DNA from: a virus
Taxonomy: Duplodnaviria > Caudoviricetes
Virus record (IMG/VR): IMGVR_UViG_3300043036_000358
Span: 1-64,000 of that record
Direction: 5' to 3' (one strand)
DNA: 64,000 bases
A program made the position numbers and the translations under genes. Below are positions 63,626-64,000 of this stretch, piece by piece (the stretch's first letter is position 1; every line of letters starts with the position of its first letter). The notes beneath the pieces are model-generated. The model was not told where the DNA came from. It saw only the letters and a program-made list of their open reading frames with translations, and made no database searches.

Positions 63626-64000
63626 TACGAATAATCCGCCACATAAAGATCTAGCACGCGCTTAATTTGTGCTGGAAAGTTAGTGTTCATAATATACTCT
63701 AGTTGAACACTGCCACCAGCACCTGGTGACTTATTGTTATGTACAGACCCATCGTTTTGGCGATAGTAGCTTACTAAATCCATTGCTGCAAGCGCAATAT
63801 CCAGCGGCACATCATCATAACCTGCAGCATAGGATACACGGTATCCACGAATTCTTTTTGCCCAGTATGCATCTGTGTTTAGTGGAATAACATAATCACC
63901 ATCTTGAACCCAGTCAGTGTATTGTGTTAAGTTGCTGTAGCTTTGACCGTAGTTATCACTTTGTTGAACTAGGTTAACCGATACAACTGGACTTTCGCTA
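63625..64000 (-). CDS. head completion / head-tail adaptor (T5 p144-like), 5' truncated
   Basis: Frame is open to the window edge: ...SPVVSV...GYRVSYAAGYDDVP.DI.LA..DLV.YY...FP.QIKRVLDLY. Confidence 0.85.
   Translation of the reverse strand, partial: SESPVVSVNLVQQSDNYGQSYSNLTQYTDWVQDGDYVIPLNTDAYWAKRIRGYRVSYAAGYDDVPLDIALAAMDLVSYYRQNDGSVHNNKSPGAGGSVQLEYIMNTNFPAQIKRVLDLYVADYS

Noticed and set aside
1-64000. Stop-codon reassignment
   Set aside because: Conserved genes translate full-length under the standard code, and TAA, TAG and TGA all terminate genes.

Overview
A 64-kb segment of a lytic T5-like (Demerecviridae-related) siphophage genome; several small genes resemble those common in freshwater phages, and a Gram-negative (possibly betaproteobacterial) host is inferred from the spanins. 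The + strand (1-23.8 kb) starts with the end of a tRNA cluster (partial class II tRNA, Gly-GCC, Gly-TCC, Val-TAC, CAT/Ile2) containing a rubrerythrin-rubredoxin-SGNH operon. The T5-order replication block follows: D3, D2, PC4-like, split NAD ligase, D5, DnaB-like helicase, primase, PolA, D10, D11, HNH, D12, glutaredoxin, D13, D14, D15, dUTPase, then a class II ribonucleotide reductase. At the junction of the two arms (23.9-27.4 kb) is a self-contained + strand operon with its own promoter and terminators: a Gly-rich/coiled-coil/poly-Q protein, a collagen + BclA-C-terminal-domain protein, two more small fibre-like paralogues and Dps. This is the best candidate for an undescribed system. The - strand (27.4-64 kb) holds phoH, an extended lysis cassette (GH19 endolysin, spanins, four unknown envelope proteins), two S74-chaperone fibre/adhesin pairs, an NlpC/P60-gpI-gpJ-like fused tip protein, the tape measure protein, tail chaperones with a -1 frameshift (G GGA AAC), the tail tube, terminator and completion proteins. 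Family assignments come from motif recognition and recalled similarity, not database searches. No CRISPR array, reverse transcriptase, intron or intein was seen.
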